Source: Kofleriaceae bacterium (GTDB taxonomy: Bacteria; Myxococcota_A; Polyangia; Haliangiales; Haliangiaceae). Taken from it: DNA of 64,000 bases. The stretch is taken from the NCBI GenBank assembly GCA_046597055.1, contig JBKJLC010000083.1, forward strand, positions 13,894 to 77,893, given 5' to 3'. Position numbers and translations under genes: made by a program. Positions 21,324 to 35,209 of this stretch are shown in pieces; position 1 is the first letter of the stretch, and each line of letters begins with the position of its first letter. A model generated the notes under the pieces. The model was not told where the DNA came from. It did no database searches and saw nothing but the letters and a program-made list of their open reading frames with translations.

Positions 21324-21635
21324 ATGGAAGCGGACGACGAGCTCCCCGAGCTGCTCAAACGGGTTCGAAATCGGTCAACCTTCCTGGTGTTCGTTCGAGC
21401 ACTCGAACGGGATCGACGCGCGGCAGCCGAGCTGGAACGCGCCTCGCCGTCATCGCCGTACGGTCCCGGCGCCCGCGGCTGGGAGAACGGTACGATCGAG
21501 AGCTTTCTCGAGTCGGCGGTGGGCTGGGCCGAGGACGTGATGCCGCTCCGGGGCGCGCGAGCGGCCTGGTTTCCCGCTGCGCCCTCGTGGGCGGCGTTCG
21601 CGCGGTTTCTCTACATGGGCAAGCTCTACGAGTAG
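21324..21635 (+). CDS. Small hypothetical helical protein (WENxTIxxFLE..PSW..FA..L..GKLYE)
   Basis: Protein-like 103-aa ORF; codon usage less GC-skewed than its neighbours. Confidence 0.7.
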   Translation: MEADDELPELLKRVRNRSTFLVFVRALERDRRAAAELERASPSSPYGPGARGWENGTIESFLESAVGWAEDVMPLRGARAAWFPAAPSWAAFARFLYMGKLYE

Positions 21636-22084
21636 CCGGACGCCGACCTCGGTCAGAGGGGGCCCGCAGGGTTGAACCCATCTCGATGTGATCAAAGACG
21701 TCCCTCTTTTCCGGATTCTCTGAGCCGGTGCGAAGCGCCGTCGTCGGGCAGCGGGCAGCGGGCAGCCGGCAGCGGGCCGAGCATCGAGTTGCCCTCGAAG
21801 CCGTTCCTCTTTCCGGTCGCCATCCTGGGCGAGGCGGCGAACTCGTCGGGGAGATCGGCCCGGATCTCGGGCGGCTGGCGGAAGTCGCGGTGCCGCGTTG
21901 GCCTGCGAGAGTGGCGCGAGGGGCCACGGGTTCGGCCGGTCAGCAGCGCGATCAGAACGACCGCGGCCACCGCGGACACGTGCGCCTCCCGCGGGCCGGG
22001 CCAGGGACGACCGCCGACGCATGGCAGGGCGCACGGGCCCGTGGTGGTGCCGGGATGCCGCCTGGCGCCAGCGACCGCGGTGGC

Positions 22085-22810
22085 CTATGGCGCGGGCCCC
22101 GGCACCTCGCGCGGATCGATCGGGCCGTGCCGTCGCCAGCCGACCCTGAGCAGCCAGCTCGAGGCCGGCACCACCGGTAGCGGCTCCCCGCCCATCGCGG
22201 CTCCTGACGGCACGGTGCCCGGACGCCAGCCGTCGAAGCGGAGCCCGCTGGAGTACGGATCGACCTGGGCCCGGCGCTGGGCGCCGCCGCCGAGGTCCTC
22301 GCGATGCCGCCGCCAGTTGTTGATGACGTAGCAGAGCGCGTGACGTGCCTGCCGCGGCGTGCGGATGACCGTGACGTGATATCGCGACAGGAAGACCTGG
22401 CCGCGGTGTGGTCGCGCCAGCCGGCGGTCGCGCGTGATCGCCTGGTTGAGCAAGCGTGCCGCCGAGATCTCGAAACCCTGCATGCCGCGCGCGAGCGCGC
22501 GCTCGTCGTCGGCCTCGACCAGCAGGTGGACGTGATTGTGCTGGATGCTGATGTGCACGATGCGGAAGTCATGGCGCGGTAGCGTCGTGAGCATCGCGCG
22601 ACGGAGCGCCTGGTAGGCACTGCGGCGGCGGAGCCGACCGACCTCGCGGCTCACCGCCAGGACGACATGGACCGGCTGGGCGGGCGTGATGGGCGCGCGC
22701 TTGCGGACGCGCTGGTGCGGGCGTCGGCCGGCTGCGGGCTTGCGGCCGGCGCCGGGCCGGCGACCGCCGTGGGTCCGGAACTCGAGCGTGGTCTGCCGCG
22801 AGGCCGCCAT
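22085..22810 (-). mobile_element. REP-associated tyrosine transposase (RAYT, HUH/Y1 family)
   Basis: ATG at 22810; HGGRRPGAGRK, PVHVVL, SIQHNHVHLLVEA (HUH), GQVFLSRYH, YVINNWRRH, DPYSSG. Confidence 0.85.
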
Positions 22811-22824
22811 TCTTGATTGCACCG

Positions 22825-22852
22825 ATATTATCAGGTTGCTGGTTCTGGTCAA
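22825..22852 (-). promoter_or_regulatory. Candidate sigma70 promoter of the RAYT gene
   Basis: Minus strand TTGACC-N16-TAATAT with TG extension, 14 nt upstream of the ATG, in an AT-rich patch. Confidence 0.5.
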
Positions 22853-22960
22853 TGAGCGATGGCAGGATCGCGAACAGCACGGTTTGGCCTCGATCGTGTG
22901 CACCCGGCAGGCCTTGTTCGGGGCGGCGTGCTGAGGTGGGCGGCATGGTGCTCGTGGCTG

Positions 22961-23129
22961 GGCTGTGGACTTGACGCGCCTGTGGAGAGCGCGCCTGCCG
23001 ACGCGTGCGCCGCGAGCGGGCAGGGAGCGCCGGCGCGACCCCGCACAGGCGCTTGGAAAGCCGCGCCTTCGGGTCGTGGGCATGCGGAGTCGCGGTTGGT
23101 GGGCGCGCCTTTCCACAAGGCCCACAGCC
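22961..23129. other. Structured non-coding element (three-way junction)
   Basis: Stems GGCTGTGG/CCACAGCC, GCGCCTGTG/CACAGGCGC and TGGAAAG/CTTTCCA, with inner CGCGCC/GGCGCG pairs. Confidence 0.65.
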
Positions 23130-23204
23130 GTGCCGACCCCTCACCCTGATCAAAAACTTTCCGGATCCGGAGCGATGCGGGGAGGATCCCAGCGCGGCAT
23201 CCCA

Positions 23205-23252
<48 letters not shown>

Positions 23253-23260
23253 GCGGATGG

Positions 23261-24729
<1,469 letters not shown>

Positions 24730-24733
<4 letters not shown>

Positions 24734-25914
24734 GCGACGTCGAGCTCCGCGCCGTCGAGGGTGATCACGTCGCCGGTGATGAGCTGGACCCGGCCGTGCG
24801 CGATCGCGGCGCCGCCGAGCTGGAGCGGCCCGGTGGCGCGGCCCAGGTGCGGTCGACCCGCGATGAACACGAGGTCGCACGCCAGGCCGTGGCTGGCGAG
24901 ATCGATCCGGTCGCCGGGTCGCGCCAGCAGCAGGGTGCGGCCGCGGTCGAGCCCGTTGTTCGCGGTCAGGGTCAAGACCGGCGGCTCGCCGGCGACCGCG
25001 TAGTCGATCCGGCAGTCCTCGCCGAGCTCGAGCTGGCCGTGATCGACCAGCGGCATCTTGCCGGCGATCGGCATGCCGCCGATCAGCGTGCCGTTGCGCG
25101 AGCCGGCGTCGCGCACGACGAACCGCGGCTGGTCACCGACCTCGACCTCGGCGTGGCGGCGGGAGACCCCGCCGGCCCGCAGCGGCAGATCGCACAGCGC
25201 GTCGCGGCCGAGCCCGATGACCGGCGCCGCGCACACGATGACCGGGCTGCCGGTGCGCGGGCGCAGCTCGACCCGCCCCGACGTGATCAGCCGCGCCTGC
25301 AGCTCGTCGAGCAGCCGCCGGTGCTCGCGGCTGGGCGCGCGGGCCAGCGCCGCCTCCAGCGCGAGCCGCGCGTCATCGCGCCGGCCCAGCCGCAGGTGGA
25401 CCTCGTAGTCGGCGAACGCCTCACGCGCGGCGTGCTCGCTCGACGAGCGACGCTCGTCCTCGGCCATCGCGGTCTCCATCAGCTCGACGTGGCCGCCGTC
25501 CGAGTAGGCCTGGGCCGCGGCCGGGAAGTCGTCGAGGTGCTCGTAGGCCTTGCCGGCCTCGCGGTGCTCGCCGCCGGCGGTCAGCAGCGCGGCCGCTTCG
25601 CGCACCTTGTCGTGGTCGCGCCGGGTCGCGATGCCCTCGGCGAGCGCCTTGGCCAGGAGCGCGCGGCCGAGCGCGGCCGACGCCACCCGCCGTAGCTCGG
25701 CGTCGTCACCGGCCCAGTGGATCGCGTCGCGCAGCGCGGTGATCTCGGCGGCGCGATCGTTGGCGCGGGCGGCGCGGGCCAGGTGCATGCGCACCGCCGA
25801 CGGGAAGTCGCCGGCCAGCGCATAGTGCTGGGCGGCCGCGTCGAGGTTGCCGGCCGCCTCGGCGGCGCGCGCCGCGCGGTGGTCGGCGGACAGCCAGCGG
25901 CGGAAGCTGCTCAC
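24730..25914 (-). CDS. TPR-like plus FHA domain protein
   Basis: Helical repeats, then LGRDALCD..VSRRHA..DAGSRNGT (FHA) and a second degenerate FHA-like segment. Confidence 0.8.
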
Positions 25915-25937
25915 GGGACGACGGTCACCCGCACGGG

Positions 25938-27296
<1,359 letters not shown>

Positions 27297-27360
27297 CCCG
27301 GCTGGCAGACCACGGTAACGGCACCCGACCGCGGTCGCGGACGGCTATACTCATGCGAGC

Positions 27361-28302
27361 GTGCGTGTCCGCCTCGTCCTGACGGCCTGCTTGCTGGGCG
27401 CCGCGTCCGCGGTGGCGGCTGCGCAGCCGGCTCCGATCGTCGACGATCGGCCGGCCACGCCGGGCGCGATCGAGGCCGGCGCCGTCCTGGTCGCCGAGGG
27501 CACCGCGCTCGGCGGCCAGAACCGCTACGAGCAGGCCCTCACCCGCTTCCTGGTCGCGGCGGATCGCCACCCGTCCGCGACCCACGACTGCCTGGTCGCG
27601 CTGGCCTACGCGCGCATCGGTCGGCTGACGCCGGCGCGGCTCTGGCTCGACGCCGCGGCCCGGCGCGGCGACGTCCGGCCGCCGTGGTGCGCGTCGACCC
27701 TGGTCGACGACGTGACCGCCCAGCTCGCCACCCGCGGCTTCGTCGCGATCGAGGTGGTGGTCACCCCGGCCGACGCCGAGGTCTGGATCGGCGACGACGT
27801 GCACGTCCGCGGCGGTCGCACGATCTGGCTGCCGCCGGGCGAGGTCGCGGTGCGCGCGCAGCGCACCGGTCACCAGCCGGTCGAGCGCCGCGATCCGGTC
27901 GTGGCCGGCGCGCGGCTCGTGCTCGACCTGCCCGCGATCGTCGCGACGCCGGATCGACCGGTGCGCGCCGCGCCGCCGCCGTCCGCGTCGCGATCGCGGC
28001 TGCCGTGGCTCGTCGCCGGCGCCGGCGGCGCTGCGCTGATCGCCGGCGGCGTGTTCCACGCGCTGGCGGCGGGCACCCGCGCCGATGCCAACGCCGAGTC
28101 GCCGGCCAGCGGTTCGTTCGCGACCCTCGACGCCCGGTTCGTCCAGCAGCGCGCGGTCGCGCTGTCGCTCTACGGGGCCGGTGCGGTCGGGGTCGGGGTC
28201 GGGCTGTGGCTGGCGACCCGCAGCGGCGACGAGCCGCAGCGCGGCGCCGGGCTCACGGTCGGGCGCGGTGGCGGCGCGGTCACCTGGAGCGGGACCTGGT
28301 GA
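27361..28302 (+). CDS. Exported TPR plus PEGA-like protein with C-terminal hydrophobic segments
   Basis: Signal peptide; VTPADAEVWIG..LPPGEVAVRAQRTGH; Gly-rich TM segments. Confidence 0.7.
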   Translation: MRVRLVLTACLLGAASAVAAAQPAPIVDDRPATPGAIEAGAVLVAEGTALGGQNRYEQALTRFLVAADRHPSATHDCLVALAYARIGRLTPARLWLDAAARRGDVRPPWCASTLVDDVTAQLATRGFVAIEVVVTPADAEVWIGDDVHVRGGRTIWLPPGEVAVRAQRTGHQPVERRDPVVAGARLVLDLPAIVATPDRPVRAAPPPSASRSRLPWLVAGAGGAALIAGGVFHALAAGTRADANAESPASGSFATLDARFVQQRAVALSLYGAGAVGVGVGLWLATRSGDEPQRGAGLTVGRGGGAVTWSGTW

Positions 28303-29861
28303 GCGCCGCCGCCGCGTCGTTCGCCCCGACCCGGCTCTGCACGCGCTGCGGCGCGACCCCGATCGGCGACAGCCGGGTGTGCCCGACCTGCGGCGCGCGC
28401 GTGGTCGAGATCCGCGCGCCCGAGGACGCGCTGATCGGCAAGGTGATCGACGAGCGCTTCGAGATCCGCTCGGTGCTGGGGCAGGGCGGCATGGGCACGG
28501 TCTACCGCGCGCATCAGCGCTCGGTCGATCGCGAGGTCGCGGTCAAGCTGATCGATCCGCGGCTCGCGCGCGAGGTGACCGCGGTCCGCCGCTTCCTGCG
28601 CGAGGCCAAGCTGGCCAGCCAGCTGTCGCAGCCCAACACGGTCAGCGTGTTCGATTTCGGCCAGAGCGCCGACGGCTATCTCTACCTGGTCATGGAGCTG
28701 CTCGACGGGCGCACGCTCGGCACCGTGATCCGCGAGGACGGGCCGTTCCCGCTGGCGCGCGCGGTGCGGGTCGGCGTGCAGCTGTGCGATGCACTCGAGG
28801 CCGCCCACCAGCTCGGCATCATCCACCGCGATCTCAAGCCCGGCAACGTGCTGGTCCTGCGCCATCCGCCCGGCCGCGATCTGGTGAAGGTGCTCGACTT
28901 CGGCCTCGCCAAGTCGGTGCTCACCGAGGGTGAGGACATCACCGAGTCCGGCCACGTGGTCGGCACGCCGCGCTATCTCGCGCCCGAGCAGCTCGCCGGG
29001 CGGCCGCCCGATCGCAAGGTCGATCTGTACGCGGTCGGCGTGATCCTCGCCGAGGTGACCATGGGCCGCTCGCTGTTCGTCGGCGACGCGCTCGGCGCGC
29101 TGCTGCTCGAGAAGCGCGATCCGCCCCCGCTGCCGGTCGAGGTGCCCGCGGCGCTGCGGCCGATCGTCATGCGGTTGATCGAGCCGGATCCCGAGCTGCG
29201 GCTGGGCGATGCGGCCGAGCTGCGCGAGGCGCTCGGCGCGCTCGGCGCGTTCGATGGGGCGCGGACGCCGCCGCGGGCGCGGCCGCCGGTGGCCGCGTCG
29301 GAGATCCCGGACGGGATGGGGACGCCGGCGACCAGCTTGATCCTCGAGATCATGCAGACGAGCGAGACCGAGGTGAGCATGCCGTCGGTCAGCACGCCGA
29401 CCCCGGCGACGGCGGTGTCGGTGACGGTGCCGGCCGGGGCGGGCGCATCGGCAGCGGCATCGGCAGCGGCAGCGCGGCGGACCCGGGTGATCGGGATCGT
29501 GCTCGGGCTGGCGGCGATCGCCGCGGCCAGCGTCGTCGTGCTGTCGCGCGGGCCTGCGGACCGTGCCGGCCTGACGCCGGAGCGTGCCGGTGTGCGGCCG
29601 GATCCGGCGCCGGTGCCCGCGATGGTGGACGCGGCGGCCGAACCCGATGCAGCGCCGGCCGCGGCCGAGCCGCCACCGGCTGATGCACCGCCCGCGACCG
29701 GACGCCCGCCGGACGCACCGCGAGCGCCCGCCTCGGACCGGCCGACGCCGCGGCGCACGCCGCGGGTCAAGCCGCCGCCGCCGACCGAGCGGCCAGGCCC
29801 GACCTCGCCGACCGATCGGTGCAAGCGCACGCCGCGGCCGCCCGAGTGTCCGCCGTTCTGA
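28299..29861 (+). CDS. Membrane Ser/Thr kinase with N-terminal zinc ribbon
   Basis: GTGA overlap; CTRC..CPTC; GQGGMGTV, HRDLKPGN, DFG, YLAPE; TM VIGIVLGLAAIAAASVVVL; Pro-rich tail. Confidence 0.9.
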   Translation: MSAAAASFAPTRLCTRCGATPIGDSRVCPTCGARVVEIRAPEDALIGKVIDERFEIRSVLGQGGMGTVYRAHQRSVDREVAVKLIDPRLAREVTAVRRFLREAKLASQLSQPNTVSVFDFGQSADGYLYLVMELLDGRTLGTVIREDGPFPLARAVRVGVQLCDALEAAHQLGIIHRDLKPGNVLVLRHPPGRDLVKVLDFGLAKSVLTEGEDITESGHVVGTPRYLAPEQLAGRPPDRKVDLYAVGVILAEVTMGRSLFVGDALGALLLEKRDPPPLPVEVPAALRPIVMRLIEPDPELRLGDAAELREALGALGAFDGARTPPRARPPVAASEIPDGMGTPATSLILEIMQTSETEVSMPSVSTPTPATAVSVTVPAGAGASAAASAAAARRTRVIGIVLGLAAIAAASVVVLSRGPADRAGLTPERAGVRPDPAPVPAMVDAAAEPDAAPAAAEPPPADAPPATGRPPDAPRAPASDRPTPRRTPRVKPPPPTERPGPTSPTDRCKRTPRPPECPPF

Positions 29862-29897
29862 GCTGGCTGCCTCGCGCACGCCGCAGCCGGGCGGCCG

Positions 29898-31118
<1,221 letters not shown>

Positions 31119-31413
31119 CGCCGCCAGTCTACACGTCGGTGCGTCGCCCGGGCGACACGGTCCCGCGCCCGGTGTGGCCTCGATCCTACAGAAGTCCCGC
31201 GGGCGCGGTGGTCCCGCGCGCTTGCGCCGGGCGCGCCTGGTACGCGCCGTGCTCCAGGTCCGGTCGTGTCCCGGCGCCGTCTCGATCGTTGCCGCTTCAT
31301 GCCGGTGGTCTCCGCGGACCGCGTGAGGCTCGCTGCCCACCTGCGCGGCGGCTGACCAGCGCCCGACCGGCAATCGATCGATGTCCTGCTCACCCACTTG
31401 CCCCGGTATCTTC

Positions 31414-32562
31414 ATGACCCCACGCATGCCTCGCTCACGCCTCGTCGGTTCGTTCGCGCTGACCGCACTCGTGCTCGCCGCCTGTGGCGGCACCGACCCA
31501 GACGATGGCAGCGACGGTGGCGGGATCGACGCTGCCATCCCCGAAGGCGCCGGGTTCACCCCGATGCCGCTCCTCTCGCGCGGCCAGCCGGTGGCCGGTG
31601 TGGGCGCCGAGCTCGCGCGGGCGGTCGACGGCGACTACCACCCGTTCTTCACCTGGACCGCGCCGGTGACCGCGGCCGCGCCGGCGTGGATCGCGATCGA
31701 TCTCGGCGCGCGCGGGGCGGGCGTCACCCAGGCGATGGTGACCTGGACCCGCAGCGTCGCCGACTGGGACGCTAGCTCCGAGGCGATCGCGGTCGACTAC
31801 ACGCTCGCGACCTCGGCGACCTCGACCGACGGTCGCAACGGCACCTGGACCGAGGTCGCGCGCGTGGCCGGCAACACCTTCGGTCGCCGCGCCCACAAGG
31901 TGCCCTTCACCGGCCAGCGCTGGGTGCGCCTCGAGGTCACCGCGGCGGTCGGCGCCACCGTCGAGCTCGACGAGATCGACGTGCACGATGCCACCGCGGG
32001 CGCGCGCGACACCTGGATCTTCCTCGGCGATAGCATCACCGCGATGAGCGTCAACCGATCGCATCCATCGATCGGCGATCACGTGCACATGGCGGCGCCG
32101 GCCTACGACCCGATGATGCTGCCGGCCGGCATCGGCGGCACCAGCGCGCAGAGCGCGCGCGCGCACCTCGACGCCTGGCTCGACGGGTTCCCCGACGTGC
32201 AGCACTGGACGCTCGCCTACGGCACCAACGACTCCGCCAGCGGCGATCCGCAGTTCGCGGCGCTGTACGAGACCAACCTGCGCGCGTTGATCGAGACCCT
32301 GCGCGCGCGCGGCAAGACGCCGATCGTGCCGCGCATCCCGTACAAGGTCGTCGCCGATCCGGCTCGCGACGTCGTGCCCGCCTACAACGCGGTGGTCGAC
32401 CGGCTGGTCGCCGAGTACGGCCTCGTGCCGGGCCCCGATCTCTACACCTGGTTCAAGGCCCACCCCGAGCAGCTGCCCGATACCGTGCACCCCGACGAGG
32501 ACGGCGCGGCCGCGCTGCGCCGGCTGTGGGCCGACGCCGTGCTGCCGCTCTACCCACGCTGA
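31414..32562 (+). CDS. Lipoprotein with discoidin (F5/8)-like domain and SGNH hydrolase
   Basis: Lipobox LAAC; AVDGD..WIAIDLG..RWVRLEV; FLGDSIT, GIGG, GTND, DTVHP. Confidence 0.85.
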   Translation: MTPRMPRSRLVGSFALTALVLAACGGTDPDDGSDGGGIDAAIPEGAGFTPMPLLSRGQPVAGVGAELARAVDGDYHPFFTWTAPVTAAAPAWIAIDLGARGAGVTQAMVTWTRSVADWDASSEAIAVDYTLATSATSTDGRNGTWTEVARVAGNTFGRRAHKVPFTGQRWVRLEVTAAVGATVELDEIDVHDATAGARDTWIFLGDSITAMSVNRSHPSIGDHVHMAAPAYDPMMLPAGIGGTSAQSARAHLDAWLDGFPDVQHWTLAYGTNDSASGDPQFAALYETNLRALIETLRARGKTPIVPRIPYKVVADPARDVVPAYNAVVDRLVAEYGLVPGPDLYTWFKAHPEQLPDTVHPDEDGAAALRRLWADAVLPLYPR

Positions 32563-32571
32563 CCGCGCCGG

Positions 32572-34482
32572 TCAGTCGGGCAGGCCGCTGCCGAACCGTC
32601 GGGTGTACTCGGTGGCCAGCGCCTGGCGGCCGGCCTTGTCGCCGGTGACCTTCAGCGCCTTGGCGAGCGCGCGGTACGCCTGCGCCAGCTCGGGGTCGGC
32701 CGCGATCGCGCGGCGCAGCGCGCCGACCGCGACCTTGGGCTGCCCGTCCTGGAACGCGATCACGCCGGCGAGGTACTGCGCCCAGGCCGCGCCGGCCCAG
32801 CCCGCGATCGCCTGCTTGCACAGCGGCCGGGCCCGCGGCAGCTCGCCTTGCCGCAGGTGCAGGTCGCAGCGCGCGGCCAGGATCCCGGGCGCGCCCTTCC
32901 AGCGCTTCTCGGCCGCGGCGGCCTGGGTCGCCACCCGCGCCGGCTTGTTGGCGTACACGAGATCGAGCAGCTCGCGGACCGCGGTGACGTACTCGCCCTC
33001 GTCGTCGACCGCGATCTTCCAGCGCCGCGCGTCGGGGGGCAGCCCGTAGCGCGCGCGGGTGCGGCCCGCCCACACCGTGACCGGATGCGGCGTGGTCGGC
33101 TTGGCGATCGCGGTCGAGCGCGCCGCGGCCCGCTCGGCGTGGGTCACCAACCCGAGCACCTGGTAGACGGTCGCGACCTCGTCCCACACCGGCGCGCGCT
33201 CGCCGGCGCGCGCCTCGACCTGGGCCAGCAGCGCGATCGCAGGCTTGCGGGTGCCGCCGGCGATGTGACCCTGGACCCGCGCCAGGTACGGGCGCGGATC
33301 GTCGGGGCTGATCTCGGCGGCGCGATCGCAGGTCGCCGTGGTGGTCGCGTGGCCGGGGCCGTCCTTGCCGATGTGGACCTCGCAGATGGCCTGACGGAGC
33401 TCGGCCGACGCGGGATACGCGGTGACCAGCGCCGCCAGCTCGGCGAGCGCGTCGTCGCGCTGGCCCTGCTGCGCGAGCCGCTGGGCCCGCTGGTATTGCT
33501 CGTACGCGCCCGGCGGCACCGGGATGTCGGGGGTGACTGGCGCGGCCCCATCGCCAGCCTCGCTGGCGTCGGCGACCGCGTGCAGGCTGGCGATCCAGTC
33601 GCGCAGATCGTTCTCTTCCCACCCGCCCCACGGGTTCGACTCGATGAAGCTGACCAGCCGCGCGGCCCGTGCGCGCGCGTCGCCGCCCCCGGTGGCGCCC
33701 AGCCATCCCTCGAGCGTGAGCTGCATGAGCTCGCGGCTCCGGTCCGACAGCTGCGTCATCTTCACGTCGTACGACGCGTGCATGATCCAGCTGGTGTCGC
33801 GCTCGTGCACCGCCCCGAGGGTGTGGGCGATCTCGTGGATGAGGACCAGCCCCTGCTTGTGACGCCGCCGGGCCTGGTGCACGACCTCGCGATCCTCGCG
33901 GCTGGTCTCGGGCAGGTGGCGCTCGAACCGCTTGCGCTCGGTGACGTCGGCGTAGCCGCGGACGACCAGGTGGCGACCGAGCAACCGCGCGACCCCGAGC
34001 TCCTCGAAGCGGGACTCGACCAGCGTCAGCGACGACGTGTAGCCGAGCACCCAGTCGGCGCCCTTGCCGTCGTCGAGCGCCTCGAGCGCGACGAGCACCT
34101 CGCGCAGCCCGACGCCGACCTGACGCACCGGCCACGGCTTCATCTCGGCCACCTCGAGGCGCAGGCCGACCGCCGGCGCCAGGAACTGGTTGGCCTCGTC
34201 GAGCTGCTCCTCGATCTGCGCGCGCCACCGCACGTTCTGGCTGCGGAAGTCGTCGTCGACCCAGATCCGCACGCGCGCGGTGCGGACCTCACCGGTGAAC
34301 GGCTTGTTGATCTCGAGCTTGCCGGGCATCTGCCGGATCAGCTCGGTGTCTTGCGCGACCTCGGTGCTGGACTTGGTCCACAGGAAGCACGACGACAGCC
34401 CGATCACGGCGGTGACCGCGAACAGGACCAGACGCGCGGCGGACGCGAGCGAGACCAGACGCGCGAGGGGCACGGCGTCCAC
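32572..34482 (-). CDS. Zinc metallopeptidase (metzincin) lipoprotein with TPR repeats
   Basis: Lipobox LSSC; HEIAHTLGAVH with Met-turn WIMH; C-terminal TPR-like helices. Confidence 0.85.
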   Translation of the reverse strand: MDAVPLARLVSLASAARLVLFAVTAVIGLSSCFLWTKSSTEVAQDTELIRQMPGKLEINKPFTGEVRTARVRIWVDDDFRSQNVRWRAQIEEQLDEANQFLAPAVGLRLEVAEMKPWPVRQVGVGLREVLVALEALDDGKGADWVLGYTSSLTLVESRFEELGVARLLGRHLVVRGYADVTERKRFERHLPETSREDREVVHQARRRHKQGLVLIHEIAHTLGAVHERDTSWIMHASYDVKMTQLSDRSRELMQLTLEGWLGATGGGDARARAARLVSFIESNPWGGWEENDLRDWIASLHAVADASEAGDGAAPVTPDIPVPPGAYEQYQRAQRLAQQGQRDDALAELAALVTAYPASAELRQAICEVHIGKDGPGHATTTATCDRAAEISPDDPRPYLARVQGHIAGGTRKPAIALLAQVEARAGERAPVWDEVATVYQVLGLVTHAERAAARSTAIAKPTTPHPVTVWAGRTRARYGLPPDARRWKIAVDDEGEYVTAVRELLDLVYANKPARVATQAAAAEKRWKGAPGILAARCDLHLRQGELPRARPLCKQAIAGWAGAAWAQYLAGVIAFQDGQPKVAVGALRRAIAADPELAQAYRALAKALKVTGDKAGRQALATEYTRRFGSGLPD

Positions 34483-34536
34483 GCTAGCGCGCCCACGCCG
34501 GCGGCGCGAGCGAACCGGCGCCTCGCGCGCGGGTCG

Positions 34537-35013
34537 TCAGGCGGCCAGTCGCGCCAGCAGCGGGTCGTGCGTCATCGGGGTGCCGTAGCGCACCAGCAGC
34601 GGGATGCCGACCAGCTCGAGACCCATGACGTAGTCGTCGCCCTCGTGCTCCTCGCGGAGCCACAGCACCCGGGCCTTGAACCGATACGACAGCGACTGGC
34701 CCTCGTCTTCGATGACCAGCTCGACGCTGTCGCCGGTCTCGGCCCACGGGGCCGACCGGCATACCAGCCCGCCCGGCGCGATCTCGGTCACGGTCACCGC
34801 GTCGTGCAGCTTGCCGCCGCGCAGCACCGCCGACAGCTCGACCCGCTCGCGCCGGAACCGCCGTCCGTCGGGGCCACGCAGGTCGCTGGCCTCCGCGACG
34901 AACGCGGCCTCGAGCCCGGTCAGCGTGTCGATCTCGTCCAGCGTCAGCCCGGCGCCGGTGGAGCACTTCCCCAGCAGCACTCGATACTGGTACACGAGGT
35001 CGAGCGCCGGCAT
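34537..35013 (-). CDS. PilZ domain protein
   Basis: ATG at 35013; RRFRRERV (RxxxR), EIAPGG, ARVLW, MGLEL. Confidence 0.75.
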   Translation of the reverse strand: MPALDLVYQYRVLLGKCSTGAGLTLDEIDTLTGLEAAFVAEASDLRGPDGRRFRRERVELSAVLRGGKLHDAVTVTEIAPGGLVCRSAPWAETGDSVELVIEDEGQSLSYRFKARVLWLREEHEGDDYVMGLELVGIPLLVRYGTPMTHDPLLARLAA

Positions 35014-35025
35014 GTCGTGGGATTG

Positions 35026-35041
35026 AGCAAGGGCGGTGCCA
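35026..35041 (-). promoter_or_regulatory. sigma54 (-24/-12) promoter of the PilZ gene
   Basis: Minus strand TGGCAC-CGCCC-TTGCT, an exact consensus match. Confidence 0.75.
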
Positions 35042-35209
35042 CCGCTCGGGAAGCCGTCGCGCAGGCCTAACTGCTGGAAACCCTCGGCACCGTAGGGCCC
35101 CCTGGCGGGTAGGGTGACCGGGTTTTGCGTCACCAGGTGCATGCACGTTTCCCGCACGGTTGACACACCGACACACGGTGAGAAGCTGACGCGGGAGTCG
35201 GACAAAACC

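Noticed and set aside
21361..21400. GGTTCGAAAT resembling a tRNA T-arm
   Set aside because: Lies inside the 103-aa CDS and no cloverleaf can be built
21692..21979. 95-aa minus-strand ORF downstream of the RAYT
   Set aside because: No recognisable motif and partly made of GGGCAGC repeats; could be a fragment but cannot be supported
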